The notes under the pieces: generated by a model
The model's input: only the letters and a program-made list of their open reading frames with translations
What the model was told of the DNA's origin: nothing
Databases searched by the model: none
In this document: piece by piece, positions 10,077 through 19,452 of the stretch
Layout: each line of letters begins with the position of its first letter
Position numbering within the stretch: the stretch's first letter is position 1
Source: Clostridiaceae bacterium
GTDB lineage: Bacteria; Bacillota; Clostridia; Saccharofermentanales; UBA5734
DNA: 64,000 bases
Direction of reading: 5' to 3'
Assembly: GCA_034927345.1 (NCBI GenBank)
Contig: JAYFQE010000016.1
Span: 41,472-105,471, forward strand
Made by a program: the position numbers and the translations under genes

Positions 10077-10910
10077 ATGCAACGTAAAATCGCAAAAACC
10101 GTGCGGGGTGTTCAAACAATCGACGGCGCCGGCGTCCATTTGGTTCGTGTGCTGGGCCATGACGATGTATATGATTTCGATCCTTTCCTGATGCTCGATT
10201 CATTTGATTCAACTGATCCTGAGGACTATATCAAGGGCTTTCCGATGCATCCCCATCGGGGAATTGAAACGATTACTTATTTGATTGAAGGGGATATCGA
10301 ACATCAGGACAGTCTGGGTAATAAGGGTTCTATTTTGTCCGGCCAAAGTCAATGGATGACGGCCGGAAGCGGCATCATGCATCAGGAGATGCCGAAACCC
10401 GCAGACAGAATGCTGGGTTTTCAATTATGGCTGAATCTGCCCAAATCCGAAAAGATGTCGCCGCCCGCATATTATGAAATCACGCAGGAAATGATACCTG
10501 CCGTGCAGTCGGGCGGCGCTCTGGTGCATGTCATTGCCGGTTGCTACGGCGATGCCGTCGGAGCCCGGCCTAAGCATATTCAAGCAACGCTGCTGGATGT
10601 GGCTCTGGCATCCGGCGCCTTGTTTACGCTGGATACGAAAACGGATGAAACAGCTTTTCTCTTTACCATCATCGGCGATGCGGTTGTGCAAGGACGGCAT
10701 ATCCCTGAGAAGACAGCCGTACTCTTTGGCGAAGGAGATCAAATTGCCGTTCTCGCGCCGGAATCGGAAGCGTCGCGCATCATCTTTTTTTCCGGCAAGG
10801 CGCTGCATGAACCGATCGCATGGGGTGGCCCCATTGTCATGAACACCAAAGAGGAACTGGATCTGGCTTTCCGACAGTTGCGCGCCGGATCTTTTATCAT
10901 AAGCCGATGA
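10077..10910 (+). CDS. Pirin-family protein
   Basis: DPFLMLD, HPHRGIETITY and QWMTAGSGIMHQE; start at MQRK after AGGAGG. Confidence 0.92.
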   Translation: MQRKIAKTVRGVQTIDGAGVHLVRVLGHDDVYDFDPFLMLDSFDSTDPEDYIKGFPMHPHRGIETITYLIEGDIEHQDSLGNKGSILSGQSQWMTAGSGIMHQEMPKPADRMLGFQLWLNLPKSEKMSPPAYYEITQEMIPAVQSGGALVHVIAGCYGDAVGARPKHIQATLLDVALASGALFTLDTKTDETAFLFTIIGDAVVQGRHIPEKTAVLFGEGDQIAVLAPESEASRIIFFSGKALHEPIAWGGPIVMNTKEELDLAFRQLRAGSFIISR

Positions 10911-11644
10911 CACAGCAGGAAATGCTGCATCAAGTGCAGACCCAGCTCGCTGTTGAATTGAATTGTTCGCCGGATGACTTAAACGGTGATCAAGATCGCG
11001 TCATTTTTACCGAAGCTAAGGAAAATCCCGGTCGCCGGCCGTTCCCAAGAAAAGACCGCTATTTTGAGATCGTGACCATGGGTCGGTCGATCGTAGTAAC
11101 GGCTACCCCCGAACGACTGGCGATTGCGAAAAAGCAAATGCAGAGCAAGGACCGAGATACGATATTTGCCTTACCTTTCATCAGAGGGCTTTGGCTGCAT
11201 TATCTGCCTGATCTTGACGACATAAAACCGCTTTTACCGCCGGATAATTTTACATATGAACGGTTTGAACGGGACAGGATTGTAAATTTGCTGCAGCTAA
11301 AAGGCTTCGACGAGGCTTTAATATATGACGCCAGCCATCCTTATCAAACCGAGCTGGCGATGATCGCAAGGGCAGGCGATAAGGTTGCCGGCGTGGCAGG
11401 CGGATGCAAGCCTTGTTCCGGATTCTGGCAGATCGGCATAGACATTTTGCCGGAATACCGGCATTGTGGATTAGCCGCTTACTTGGTCAATCGTTTGACT
11501 TTTGACATCCTGAACCGCGGCGATGTCCCGAATTATAGCACGAAAGCCAGCCATATCGCTTCGCAAAGAGTAGCCCATAAAGCCGGATACTCTGTTGCCT
11601 GGGTATCTGATTGGCGGATTAACTTTGAAGGCTTTGAAACATAA
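10907..11644 (+). CDS. GNAT acetyltransferase
   Basis: WQIGIDILPEYRHCGLA..SQRVAHKAGY; ATGA overlap with pirin. Confidence 0.8.
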   Translation: MTQQEMLHQVQTQLAVELNCSPDDLNGDQDRVIFTEAKENPGRRPFPRKDRYFEIVTMGRSIVVTATPERLAIAKKQMQSKDRDTIFALPFIRGLWLHYLPDLDDIKPLLPPDNFTYERFERDRIVNLLQLKGFDEALIYDASHPYQTELAMIARAGDKVAGVAGGCKPCSGFWQIGIDILPEYRHCGLAAYLVNRLTFDILNRGDVPNYSTKASHIASQRVAHKAGYSVAWVSDWRINFEGFET

Positions 11645-11665
11645 CCGGAAAAAGGGGTTGGTGAT

Positions 11666-12118
11666 ATGAAATACGACTTAATTCAAAAAGATTCTTTTCA
11701 TGTCTTTGGCATACGGCGCAGAACGCCGGATGCAGGCGGAACATGGCGTACGGTTAAAACTGATGGCAGTATGGAGCAAATGCAGGAAATTGCCGGTCAT
11801 GATGCCGCTTCTCTGGGTTTGTGTTTTGGTTTTGATGATGAGGGCAACAACGATTACTTGTGTGGATTTGAATATCCAGCACAAGAGATTCCGGGCTTTG
11901 ACCATTACACCTGCCCCAAATCCGCCTGGCTGGTTTTTGATGTCAGAGGATCCATCACCGCCGGCCTTTTAAGTCAGACCTGGAAACGAATTTATGATGT
12001 GATTCTTCCTCAAAGCGAATACCGGCAGCGCGATTTGCCGACCATAGAAAAATATCTTGAATGGAATGAAAGGGCAGATCGATGCCATGTGCAAATTATG
12101 ATACCCATCGAACAATGA
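11666..12118 (+). CDS. GyrI-like small-molecule-binding protein
   Basis: LGLC..DYLCG..WLVF..W.RIY..P.IEKY..IMIPI pattern. Confidence 0.8.
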   Translation: MKYDLIQKDSFHVFGIRRRTPDAGGTWRTVKTDGSMEQMQEIAGHDAASLGLCFGFDDEGNNDYLCGFEYPAQEIPGFDHYTCPKSAWLVFDVRGSITAGLLSQTWKRIYDVILPQSEYRQRDLPTIEKYLEWNERADRCHVQIMIPIEQ

Positions 12119-13227
12119 ATATGAATGTGGTATTGGAACCGGTTCATTCCCGCGCCGGCGCTATGGATGTCTGTATCCCGAAAAGCAATTATATTGTCAT
12201 CGACGATGTGGGCTGGAAAAGCGGGTATGACGACAGCAAAATCAACGGCCCCTATCGATCAGGCATCCAACGGATGCATGTCTATGAAGATTATTATGCG
12301 TTATATGTCTTTGCCGAACAGCTGGGCATTCGGCCGCAGATCGCTTTTGTTGCCGGAGAGTGGGATCAGACCAACCTTTTGCGAACCGTTGCGCACAGCA
12401 ACAGCGAGTGGAACCGATGGGATTCTTCGCGGTTCCGCATCGATCGTGAAAAGGAAATCGTCGAATTGTTAAATAGCGGGAAGTTCAGCCTGGCAGTTCA
12501 CAGCCTTAATCACGAATTCTGGGAGGCTCCCGGCAAACCGTTTTCCCGGGCGGAATTTGGGCCGATCCGGGAGGAAGCTGTCATGCGCCGGCATCTGGAC
12601 GCTTTTTTCACCATTCTCAGACAGAACGGCATCTGTCCAAAAACGGAAATCAACAGCTTTGTGCCGCCGGCTTTCCAGTACAGTAAAAATTGCGCCGCTC
12701 AGGTTTTGAGGGATTACGGCATCCGCTATGTTTCGACGCCCTATCATGCCCTGACCTGGGACGGTCCGCTGCCGGACCGGTACTTCATGGATGCCGGATT
12801 GATCGTGGTGGATCGGACCGATGACTGGATCAAGTGGAACCAAACCCGGCCGGCCATGCCCGAAGGATTGAAGGACGGCTTCTTCGGCATGCATATCGCC
12901 AATTTCCTGGCGCCCGATCCGACGGACAATCCGGCTGTTGCGGAACGCTGGGCCGCTTATTTTCAACGGTATAAGACCCGCTACGGTTTCATCCTTGCCC
13001 GGGACGAAGCGGCAGCCCACAAGCAGACCGTGTTTGAGAAAGAAGTTAAAGCAGCTGCGGATGATCATGGCGTTGTTTTGACCGGTAAAGTGCCGGCTGC
13101 GGCGGGGGCGAGATGCCTTGTCCACAGCCGATCGCCTTTACAGGCGCAGCTTCTGCGGGACTGCGGCGATTTCTTTGAGTATGTTGCGGATTATCACGAC
13201 GGATTGCGGATTACCTTTACTGGATGA
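12115..13227 (+). CDS. Hypothetical protein, possibly a polysaccharide deacetylase-like metalloenzyme
   Basis: IVIDDVG, VHSLNHE and SFVPP motifs reminiscent of the NodB/CE4-like fold. Confidence 0.45.
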   Translation: MNMNVVLEPVHSRAGAMDVCIPKSNYIVIDDVGWKSGYDDSKINGPYRSGIQRMHVYEDYYALYVFAEQLGIRPQIAFVAGEWDQTNLLRTVAHSNSEWNRWDSSRFRIDREKEIVELLNSGKFSLAVHSLNHEFWEAPGKPFSRAEFGPIREEAVMRRHLDAFFTILRQNGICPKTEINSFVPPAFQYSKNCAAQVLRDYGIRYVSTPYHALTWDGPLPDRYFMDAGLIVVDRTDDWIKWNQTRPAMPEGLKDGFFGMHIANFLAPDPTDNPAVAERWAAYFQRYKTRYGFILARDEAAAHKQTVFEKEVKAAADDHGVVLTGKVPAAAGARCLVHSRSPLQAQLLRDCGDFFEYVADYHDGLRITFTG

Positions 13228-13247
13228 AAACAGATCCCGGACTTAAC

Positions 13248-14426
13248 CTAGCCATTAGCTTGAGTCGGACGCAATGACTTCCTGCCGATGACATATTCGA
13301 CCATCATGGCGGATATCAGTCCGAGAATACCGCCAAACCAGAATGGTGCGTTGGAATTGATGTGATCCCACATCAGGCCGGCTAAAATTGATGAAAAGAG
13401 AAGACCGATTCCCTGCAGCATGCCATATAGCCCGAGAATGGTTCCTTTCAGGTTTACCGGCGATGTTTCAGCTATGAAAGCCCGTTCGGCGCCGCTGATG
13501 AATGCCGTGTAGACGCCGTAGGCGATAAACAGAAAGATGATGCCCGGTTGGGATTTGATACCGGCAAAACCGAGATAAACAAGACCGTAGATCAGATAGC
13601 CGGGAACAAGGATTCTGCTTCTGCCGAATTTATCGGATAATTTACCGGCGGGAATGGACAGAACAGAAGCGGTTAAATTAAAAATCAGATAAAGCACAAT
13701 AACCTGCGATGAAGTGAAACCACGCTCCTGAGCTTTGAGCAGCAAGAATGTATTGGATGAATTTCCGAGACAAAAAATAAATATGGTCACCAGATATAAT
13801 TTCAATTTGCGGTCAAGTTTCAAACCTTTCAAAGATAATTTCTCAGCAGCAGTTGATTGTTTATCGCTTTCTCGAATCGCCGGAATGATGAGGATGCCGA
13901 TAATGGCCGGGATGATGGAGATCAAAAAAGCCTTTTGATATCCGAAATTGGTTGCTACAAAAACAAAAGCCAGCAGTGCGCCTATGGCTGAACCGGCCAT
14001 ATCGAGCATTTTATGGAGACCAAATGAATGGCCCAGCTTTTTTCCGTCATTCGACTGGGCAACCAGCGCATCGCGGGGAGCGGTGCGGATACCTTTACCG
14101 GTTCGGTCGATAATCCGGGCAATAAGAACGCCGACCCAGGATGTAGCCAGAATCAGAAATAATTTATATATGACCGACGCTGAATAACCGGCGAAAACAA
14201 GCCGTTTTTTATGATGATAGACATCGCCGATATAACCGCTGAATACTTTAAGGAGCGATGCAATGCTTTCGGCTATACCTTCGATAACGCCGACAATGGC
14301 CGGCGACGCACCGAGGGTTGCGGTTAAAAAGAGAGGGACCAGCGGATAAACCATTTCCGTGCTCATATCGATAAAAAGACTGACCAGCCCGATTAAAACG
14401 ATATTGGAGATTACTTTCTTCTTCAT
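13248..14426 (-). CDS. MFS transporter
   Basis: 12-TM pattern; G.LSDKFGR motif A; DRTGKGIRTAPRDAL. Confidence 0.9.
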   Translation of the reverse strand: MKKKVISNIVLIGLVSLFIDMSTEMVYPLVPLFLTATLGASPAIVGVIEGIAESIASLLKVFSGYIGDVYHHKKRLVFAGYSASVIYKLFLILATSWVGVLIARIIDRTGKGIRTAPRDALVAQSNDGKKLGHSFGLHKMLDMAGSAIGALLAFVFVATNFGYQKAFLISIIPAIIGILIIPAIRESDKQSTAAEKLSLKGLKLDRKLKLYLVTIFIFCLGNSSNTFLLLKAQERGFTSSQVIVLYLIFNLTASVLSIPAGKLSDKFGRSRILVPGYLIYGLVYLGFAGIKSQPGIIFLFIAYGVYTAFISGAERAFIAETSPVNLKGTILGLYGMLQGIGLLFSSILAGLMWDHINSNAPFWFGGILGLISAMMVEYVIGRKSLRPTQANG

Positions 14427-14439
14427 GCGGCCGACTCCT

Positions 14440-14494
14440 TGTAATACTGGTTACACAACGAATTCACTATACCACGATGTAATACTGGTTACAA
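14440..14494 (-). promoter_or_regulatory. MFS promoter overlapped by two identical 16-bp dyad operators
   Basis: TGTAATACTGGTTACA at 14440-14455 and 14478-14493; minus-strand TTGTAA-17-TATAGT. Confidence 0.75.
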
Positions 14495-14500
14495 GACATC

Positions 14501-14530
14501 TTGACGAACTGATCATGAACGGCGTATGAT
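14501..14530 (+). promoter_or_regulatory. Sigma-A-like promoter for the small basic ORF
   Basis: TTGACG-18 nt-TATGAT. Confidence 0.6.
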
Positions 14531-14596
14531 CAGCAGGCAGATCGGTTAATCTGTCTGCAAATCATAAAACACATCAGCTGAAAGGGTGTGATCGAC

Positions 14597-14824
14597 GTGC
14601 CGAACCGCAAAAAGAAAAGCTGCTCCGGGCAGCCATTGGCCAGACAAGTAAGATCCAGGGCTTATCTGGCGCCCATGAGTCATGCCGGACCCCATCGGGA
14701 TAAGAAAAATGAATACCGGAGGATAAAAAAAATCCGCCAATGGAGAGAGGAGCCGTCAGATTGTGGACGCTCCTCTTTTCATTGGTATTATAGGGCGCCG
14801 GCTTTAGCTTTGATACGGATATAG
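14597..14824 (+). CDS. Small basic protein, candidate ArfA/BrfA-like ribosome rescue factor
   Basis: GTG start after AAAGGGTG; 75 aa, K/R-rich; internal hairpin at 14737-14785 before the stop. Confidence 0.55.
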   Translation: MPNRKKKSCSGQPLARQVRSRAYLAPMSHAGPHRDKKNEYRRIKKIRQWREEPSDCGRSSFHWYYRAPALALIRI

Positions 14825-15600
14825 ATGTGTTTTGATGACGAATGACCGGTCTCCCGGACATCGATTTCATAAATGCCCATCGACTTGATCATGGGCGTCA
14901 GTTTTTCAAAGCCATAATTACGGGAGTCAAAAGACGGCTGTTTTTTCAGAAGCAGACTGCCGACTTCGCCGAGATAAGCCCACCCATTTTCATCTTCAAG
15001 GTCACTGATGGTAGAAGAAATGAGTTTAATGACTTCCGTCCCGATTTTTTTAATGGTTTTTTTCTTCGTCTGAGTTTGTTGTTTGGCCGGTTTCTGTTCG
15101 GGCGCGCCGGCAGCCGATTCTGCCGTCTCGGCTTCATCATGGGTTGTTTCGCCGAGTATTTCCAGATAAATAAAGCGGTCGCACGCCGCAATGAACGCGT
15201 TGGGCGTTTTCTGCTCGCCGATGCCGTAAACCATCATACCTGCTTCACGCAGGCGCGTAGCCAGCCGCGTAAAGTCGCTGTCGCTGGAAACCAGGCAAAA
15301 ACCGTCGGCCCGTTCGGAGTAAAGAATGTCCATGGCGTCGATGATCATGGCCGAGTCTGTGGCGTTTTTACCGGTTGTATAACCAAATTGCTGGATCGGC
15401 GTAATGGCATAATCAAGCAGGATGTTTTTCCAGCCCGACAAATTGGGCCGGGTCCAATCGCCATAAATCCGTTTGATGGTCGGATTGCCATAACGGGCGA
15501 TCTCCTCCATCATACCGCGGATATTTTGATAAGAAATATTATCGGCGTCAATCAGCACTGCTAAACGAATTTCACTGGGATTTTCCGGTGAACCTTCCAT
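14788..15600 (-). CDS. NYN (LabA/DUF88) domain protein with C-terminal OST-HTH/LOTUS domain
   Basis: LIDADN, GKNATD, VSSDSDF and FDSRNYGF motifs; start MEGS after GAGGTG. Confidence 0.9.
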   Translation of the reverse strand: MEGSPENPSEIRLAVLIDADNISYQNIRGMMEEIARYGNPTIKRIYGDWTRPNLSGWKNILLDYAITPIQQFGYTTGKNATDSAMIIDAMDILYSERADGFCLVSSDSDFTRLATRLREAGMMVYGIGEQKTPNAFIAACDRFIYLEILGETTHDEAETAESAAGAPEQKPAKQQTQTKKKTIKKIGTEVIKLISSTISDLEDENGWAYLGEVGSLLLKKQPSFDSRNYGFEKLTPMIKSMGIYEIDVRETGHSSSKHIYIRIKAKAGAL

Positions 15601-15682
15601 TATTATCACCTCGATATCTATACTATACAGGATAATGGTGAACCTGTATATGTCTGCCGCCGGCAATGCCGGCTGGCTGTGA

Positions 15683-16612
15683 TCAGGCAAAAAAGTCAAA
15701 AACCATAATTAAAAGCGGGATGGAGATAATCGAAGCCAATGTCGATAAAGCGATTATTTGGGAAGCCAGGCCGGCATCCTGTCTGTAACGGGTAGCAAAA
15801 AGCGCCGTTACCGCGGCAGTCGGCGCGGCAGCCGGAATCAGACAGGCTAGCGCGACTTCCCGGGACATCGGGATCAGGCTGAGGGGAATCATCATCAGGC
15901 CGGGTATGACCAAAAGCCGAAAAGCAACGGCCAGAAAAACCTGGCGGTCGCGAAACAAGCTTCGTAAATTGGCGGCAGCCATCTGGGAGCCGATAATGAT
16001 CATGGCGAGCGGCGTATTAAGCGCCGCCAGACTGTCAATTACCGTCGACAGGATAGGCGGCAGACTGATGCCGGCCAGAAAAAGCGGCAGCGCCACCAGC
16101 AGAGCAATCGTGCCAGGATTGATGAGCGCGCGGCGGATGCTGATTTCGCGGCGGTTATCAGCCATGAGTATGATGCCGTAAGTCCACTGGGCGATATTGA
16201 AAACGGCGATATAGAAGGATCCATAGAATACGCCTTGCTGACCCAGGACGGCGTTGAGCAGCGGAATGCACATGAAGCCGCAATTTGAGAAGACAACGGC
16301 GAATTCGAATACTTTACGGCGGGCGTCGGGATAGCGCCGGAAAATCAATTTGGCGATTACAGCTCCTAAAGCATGTGTCGCCAGGGCGCTGGCGGAAGAT
16401 ATCAGGATGCCCCACAACAAGGATGTGTTAAACGGCATTTGAAAGGAACTGATAATAATGCAGGGCGTGACGATGATCAGCAGAAGGTTGGTCATCTGTT
16501 GGGTCCCGACTTCGTTGATGAGACGCATTTTACTGGTCAGGTAACCGATGCCGATCAAGAGAAAGAGAATCAGAACCTGACTGGCGACGATTACCGCATT
16601 TTCAAAAACCAT
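15683..16612 (-). CDS. AEC (auxin efflux carrier) family transporter
   Basis: FSNCGFM..P and PLAMIIIG motifs; about 10 TM segments. Confidence 0.9.
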   Translation of the reverse strand: MVFENAVIVASQVLILFLLIGIGYLTSKMRLINEVGTQQMTNLLLIIVTPCIIISSFQMPFNTSLLWGILISSASALATHALGAVIAKLIFRRYPDARRKVFEFAVVFSNCGFMCIPLLNAVLGQQGVFYGSFYIAVFNIAQWTYGIILMADNRREISIRRALINPGTIALLVALPLFLAGISLPPILSTVIDSLAALNTPLAMIIIGSQMAAANLRSLFRDRQVFLAVAFRLLVIPGLMMIPLSLIPMSREVALACLIPAAAPTAAVTALFATRYRQDAGLASQIIALSTLASIISIPLLIMVFDFFA

Positions 16613-16806
16613 AGTTGTTTCATGCCCCCCGACATCCTGACTTGTTTAGAAGTCATTCTCAAGCATGCCATGACTTTTGCGAAACTGCAAGATCCCCATG
16701 ATTGTCATGAGTCATTCATCGGGATCGGGTTTGCTGGAGCTTGCAGATGGCGTATAATCAAAATGTAGTCATAGTGGAAGAAAATGACAAAAGGGAGGCG
16801 AAAGCG

Positions 16807-17892
16807 ATGAGGCGAATCGGTCTTTTAACCAGCGGCGGAGACTGCCAGGGTTTAAATACGGCTTTGCGCGGCGTTGCCAAAGCTCTATATGAAGCGACAG
16901 ACCAGCTGACTCTGATCGGTTTCCAGGATGGTTATCGCGGCTTGATGGTCAATGAATTCCGGCTCATGAATCCCGGTGATTTTTCCGGATTATTGACGAT
17001 CGGCGGCACGATTCTCGGAACATCACGCCAGCCCTTTAAGCAAGTTAACCAACCGCTTTTTCCTGATCAGCCGGATGGCCCGGATAAGCTGACGGGCATG
17101 CTGCAGACTTATGAAAAGCAGCAATTGGACGGCCTGGTCATTCTGGGCGGCAACGGCACCCACAAAACGGCTGCCCTATTGGCGGAAAAGGGCCTGAATA
17201 TCATAACGCTGCCCAAAACTATCGATAATGATTTATGGGGGACCGATATAACTTTCGGCTTTCAAAGCGCTGTCGACATAGCGACATCCGTTGTCGACGG
17301 TATCCATACCACGGCGACATCGCACGGCCGGATCTTTGTGATCGAACTGATGGGCCATAAAGCCGGCTGGCTGACCTTGCATGCCGGTCTGGCCGGCGGC
17401 GCCGATGTTATCCTGATTCCGGAGTTGCCTTATCGCCTGGAGCATGTTGTCAGGGCTCTGGATAAACGTCAGAGTCAGCAAAAGCGCTTTTCAATCATTG
17501 TCGTGGCGGAAGGCGCTTTACCGGCTGATGAAAACGCTTTGCCGGCTAAAGAGAAACGAAACGGCCAGAAATCCTGGCGCTATCCTTCGATTGCCTACCA
17601 ATTGGCCCACGATCTGGGCGATCAGACCGGCCAGGAGATCCGGGTCACTGTCCCCGGCCATTTCCAGCGCGGCGGCCAGCCCTGTCCCTATGACCGGGTT
17701 CTGGCGACAACCTTAGGTACTGCGGCAGCGAAAATGATCGGCCAAAACCGTTATGGGTTTATGGTCGGTTTGCAGAACCAGCAGATCGTTCCGGTTCCTT
17801 TGGCCCAGGTGGCCGGCAAGCTTAAAATTGTACCGCAGGATTCCCTGTTGATTCGTTCGGCTAAAGCTCTGGGCGTGTCTTTTGGCTGCTGA
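16807..17892 (+). CDS. pfkA: 6-phosphofructokinase
   Basis: TSGGDCQGLN, GGTILGTSR, GGNGT, PKTIDND and MGH motifs. Confidence 0.9.
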   Translation: MRRIGLLTSGGDCQGLNTALRGVAKALYEATDQLTLIGFQDGYRGLMVNEFRLMNPGDFSGLLTIGGTILGTSRQPFKQVNQPLFPDQPDGPDKLTGMLQTYEKQQLDGLVILGGNGTHKTAALLAEKGLNIITLPKTIDNDLWGTDITFGFQSAVDIATSVVDGIHTTATSHGRIFVIELMGHKAGWLTLHAGLAGGADVILIPELPYRLEHVVRALDKRQSQQKRFSIIVVAEGALPADENALPAKEKRNGQKSWRYPSIAYQLAHDLGDQTGQEIRVTVPGHFQRGGQPCPYDRVLATTLGTAAAKMIGQNRYGFMVGLQNQQIVPVPLAQVAGKLKIVPQDSLLIRSAKALGVSFGC

Positions 17893-17907
17893 CGGAGGTT
17901 AATAATT

Positions 17908-19452
17908 ATGGCCAGGAAAAAATTATTCGCGGCTATTGATGTCGGTTCCCATGAAATCCAGATGCAGATCGCCGAACTGAGCAAGGGCGAATTGCCGCAA
18001 ACGGTGGAAACTATCCGCCGGACCCTGCCGGTTGGAACGGATACCTATGTAAGCGGCAAAATCAGCCAGCCTGTTCTTGAAGCCTGTATAGCGGTATTGC
18101 AGGGCTTTGTCGAACAATTAAGAACTTATCGGATCGGGGCTTACCGCGCCGTTGCGACGAGCGCTTTCAGAGAAGCGTCCAACCGGGCTTTTGCCTTGGA
18201 TCAGATCAACCGCAGCAGTGATCTGGATATCGAAGTTCTCAGCAACGCGGAGGAACGGGCGTATCATATTTTGGCCACGTCAGCCCGAATGGAACATTTT
18301 AATGAACTGATCCGGCAAGGCACTTTACTGGTTGATATCGGAGCCGGCAGCATTCAGGTCACTGTTTATGATAAACAACAGTTTATTTTCAGCCAGAATA
18401 TGCTTTTAGGTTCGCTGAGGATCCGTGAATTGCTGTCCGATCTGGAAAGGCGGGCCGGAGACTTTACCGGTTTGATGGAGGAATATATTTCCAGCGACCT
18501 CGATTACTATCATTTACTGGAACCTAAAGGTATTTTATATAAGAACCTGATTGTCCTGGGCGGCGAAATGGCATATCTGAAAAAATTGGCCGGTTATGAT
18601 CCGGAAGCCTTGGCGGTCTTGTCGGGCAAACAATTTGATCAGCTTTATCAGCAACTTCTGGATAGCCGGCCGCTTGATCTGTCATTGAACCGGGATATTC
18701 CGGCCGAACATGCCACCTTGCTATTACCGGCCGCGATCATTATGCGCAAGTTCACCCGCTTTACCGGAGTGAACAGCATCCTGCTGCCGACCGCTACCTT
18801 GTGTGATGGCATCCTGATTGATTTTGCCCGGAAAAAACACGGTTTTGTACCGGAACATGACCTGAACAGCGATGTTATATCAGCTTGCCGTAATATTGCC
18901 AAACGGTTTCGGATTGATTTGCGCCATACCGATTTTGTTGAGAAACAAGCCCTTCTGATTTTCGATGAAACGAGCCGACTGCATCGCCTGAACAGCCGGC
19001 AGCGCCTGCTCCTGCAGGCTGCCGCCATTTTGCATGACTGCGGTAAATATGTTAATATGTCTAAACATAATATTCGTTCTTATAATATCATTATGGCTAC
19101 GGAATTGATTGGCCTGAGCAGACGTGAACGGGATATCGTCGCCTGGACAGCCCGGTTTCATACCGGCAAGACGTTTAGCGACGAGAGCAGTTATACAGAC
19201 CTGGATGCTGCCGATCAGCTGGTCATCGCCAAATTATCGGCTCTGTTGCGTCTGGCCGATGCTTTGGATACCGCTCATCAGCAGAAGATCAGTGAAATTT
19301 CTGTACAGATTGATGAATCAGAGCTGATTCTTTCCGTTGTGTCACGGCAGGAAGTGACTTTGGAACTTTGGTCGCTGGAGAAGAAGGGCGAATTGTTTCG
19401 CGAATTATTTGGCTGCCAGCCTAAAATTAAAATCAGGAGAATGACATTATGA
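17908..19452 (+). CDS. ppx: Ppx/GppA exopolyphosphatase with HD domain
   Basis: AIDVGS, ATSAFREA, DIGAGS and LHDCGK motifs. Confidence 0.9.
   Translation: MARKKLFAAIDVGSHEIQMQIAELSKGELPQTVETIRRTLPVGTDTYVSGKISQPVLEACIAVLQGFVEQLRTYRIGAYRAVATSAFREASNRAFALDQINRSSDLDIEVLSNAEERAYHILATSARMEHFNELIRQGTLLVDIGAGSIQVTVYDKQQFIFSQNMLLGSLRIRELLSDLERRAGDFTGLMEEYISSDLDYYHLLEPKGILYKNLIVLGGEMAYLKKLAGYDPEALAVLSGKQFDQLYQQLLDSRPLDLSLNRDIPAEHATLLLPAAIIMRKFTRFTGVNSILLPTATLCDGILIDFARKKHGFVPEHDLNSDVISACRNIAKRFRIDLRHTDFVEKQALLIFDETSRLHRLNSRQRLLLQAAAILHDCGKYVNMSKHNIRSYNIIMATELIGLSRRERDIVAWTARFHTGKTFSDESSYTDLDAADQLVIAKLSALLRLADALDTAHQQKISEISVQIDESELILSVVSRQEVTLELWSLEKKGELFRELFGCQPKIKIRRMTL

Noticed and set aside
14440..14493. 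Direct repeat as a possible mini-CRISPR
   Set aside because: Only two 16-bp copies, positioned on promoter elements; an operator explains them better.
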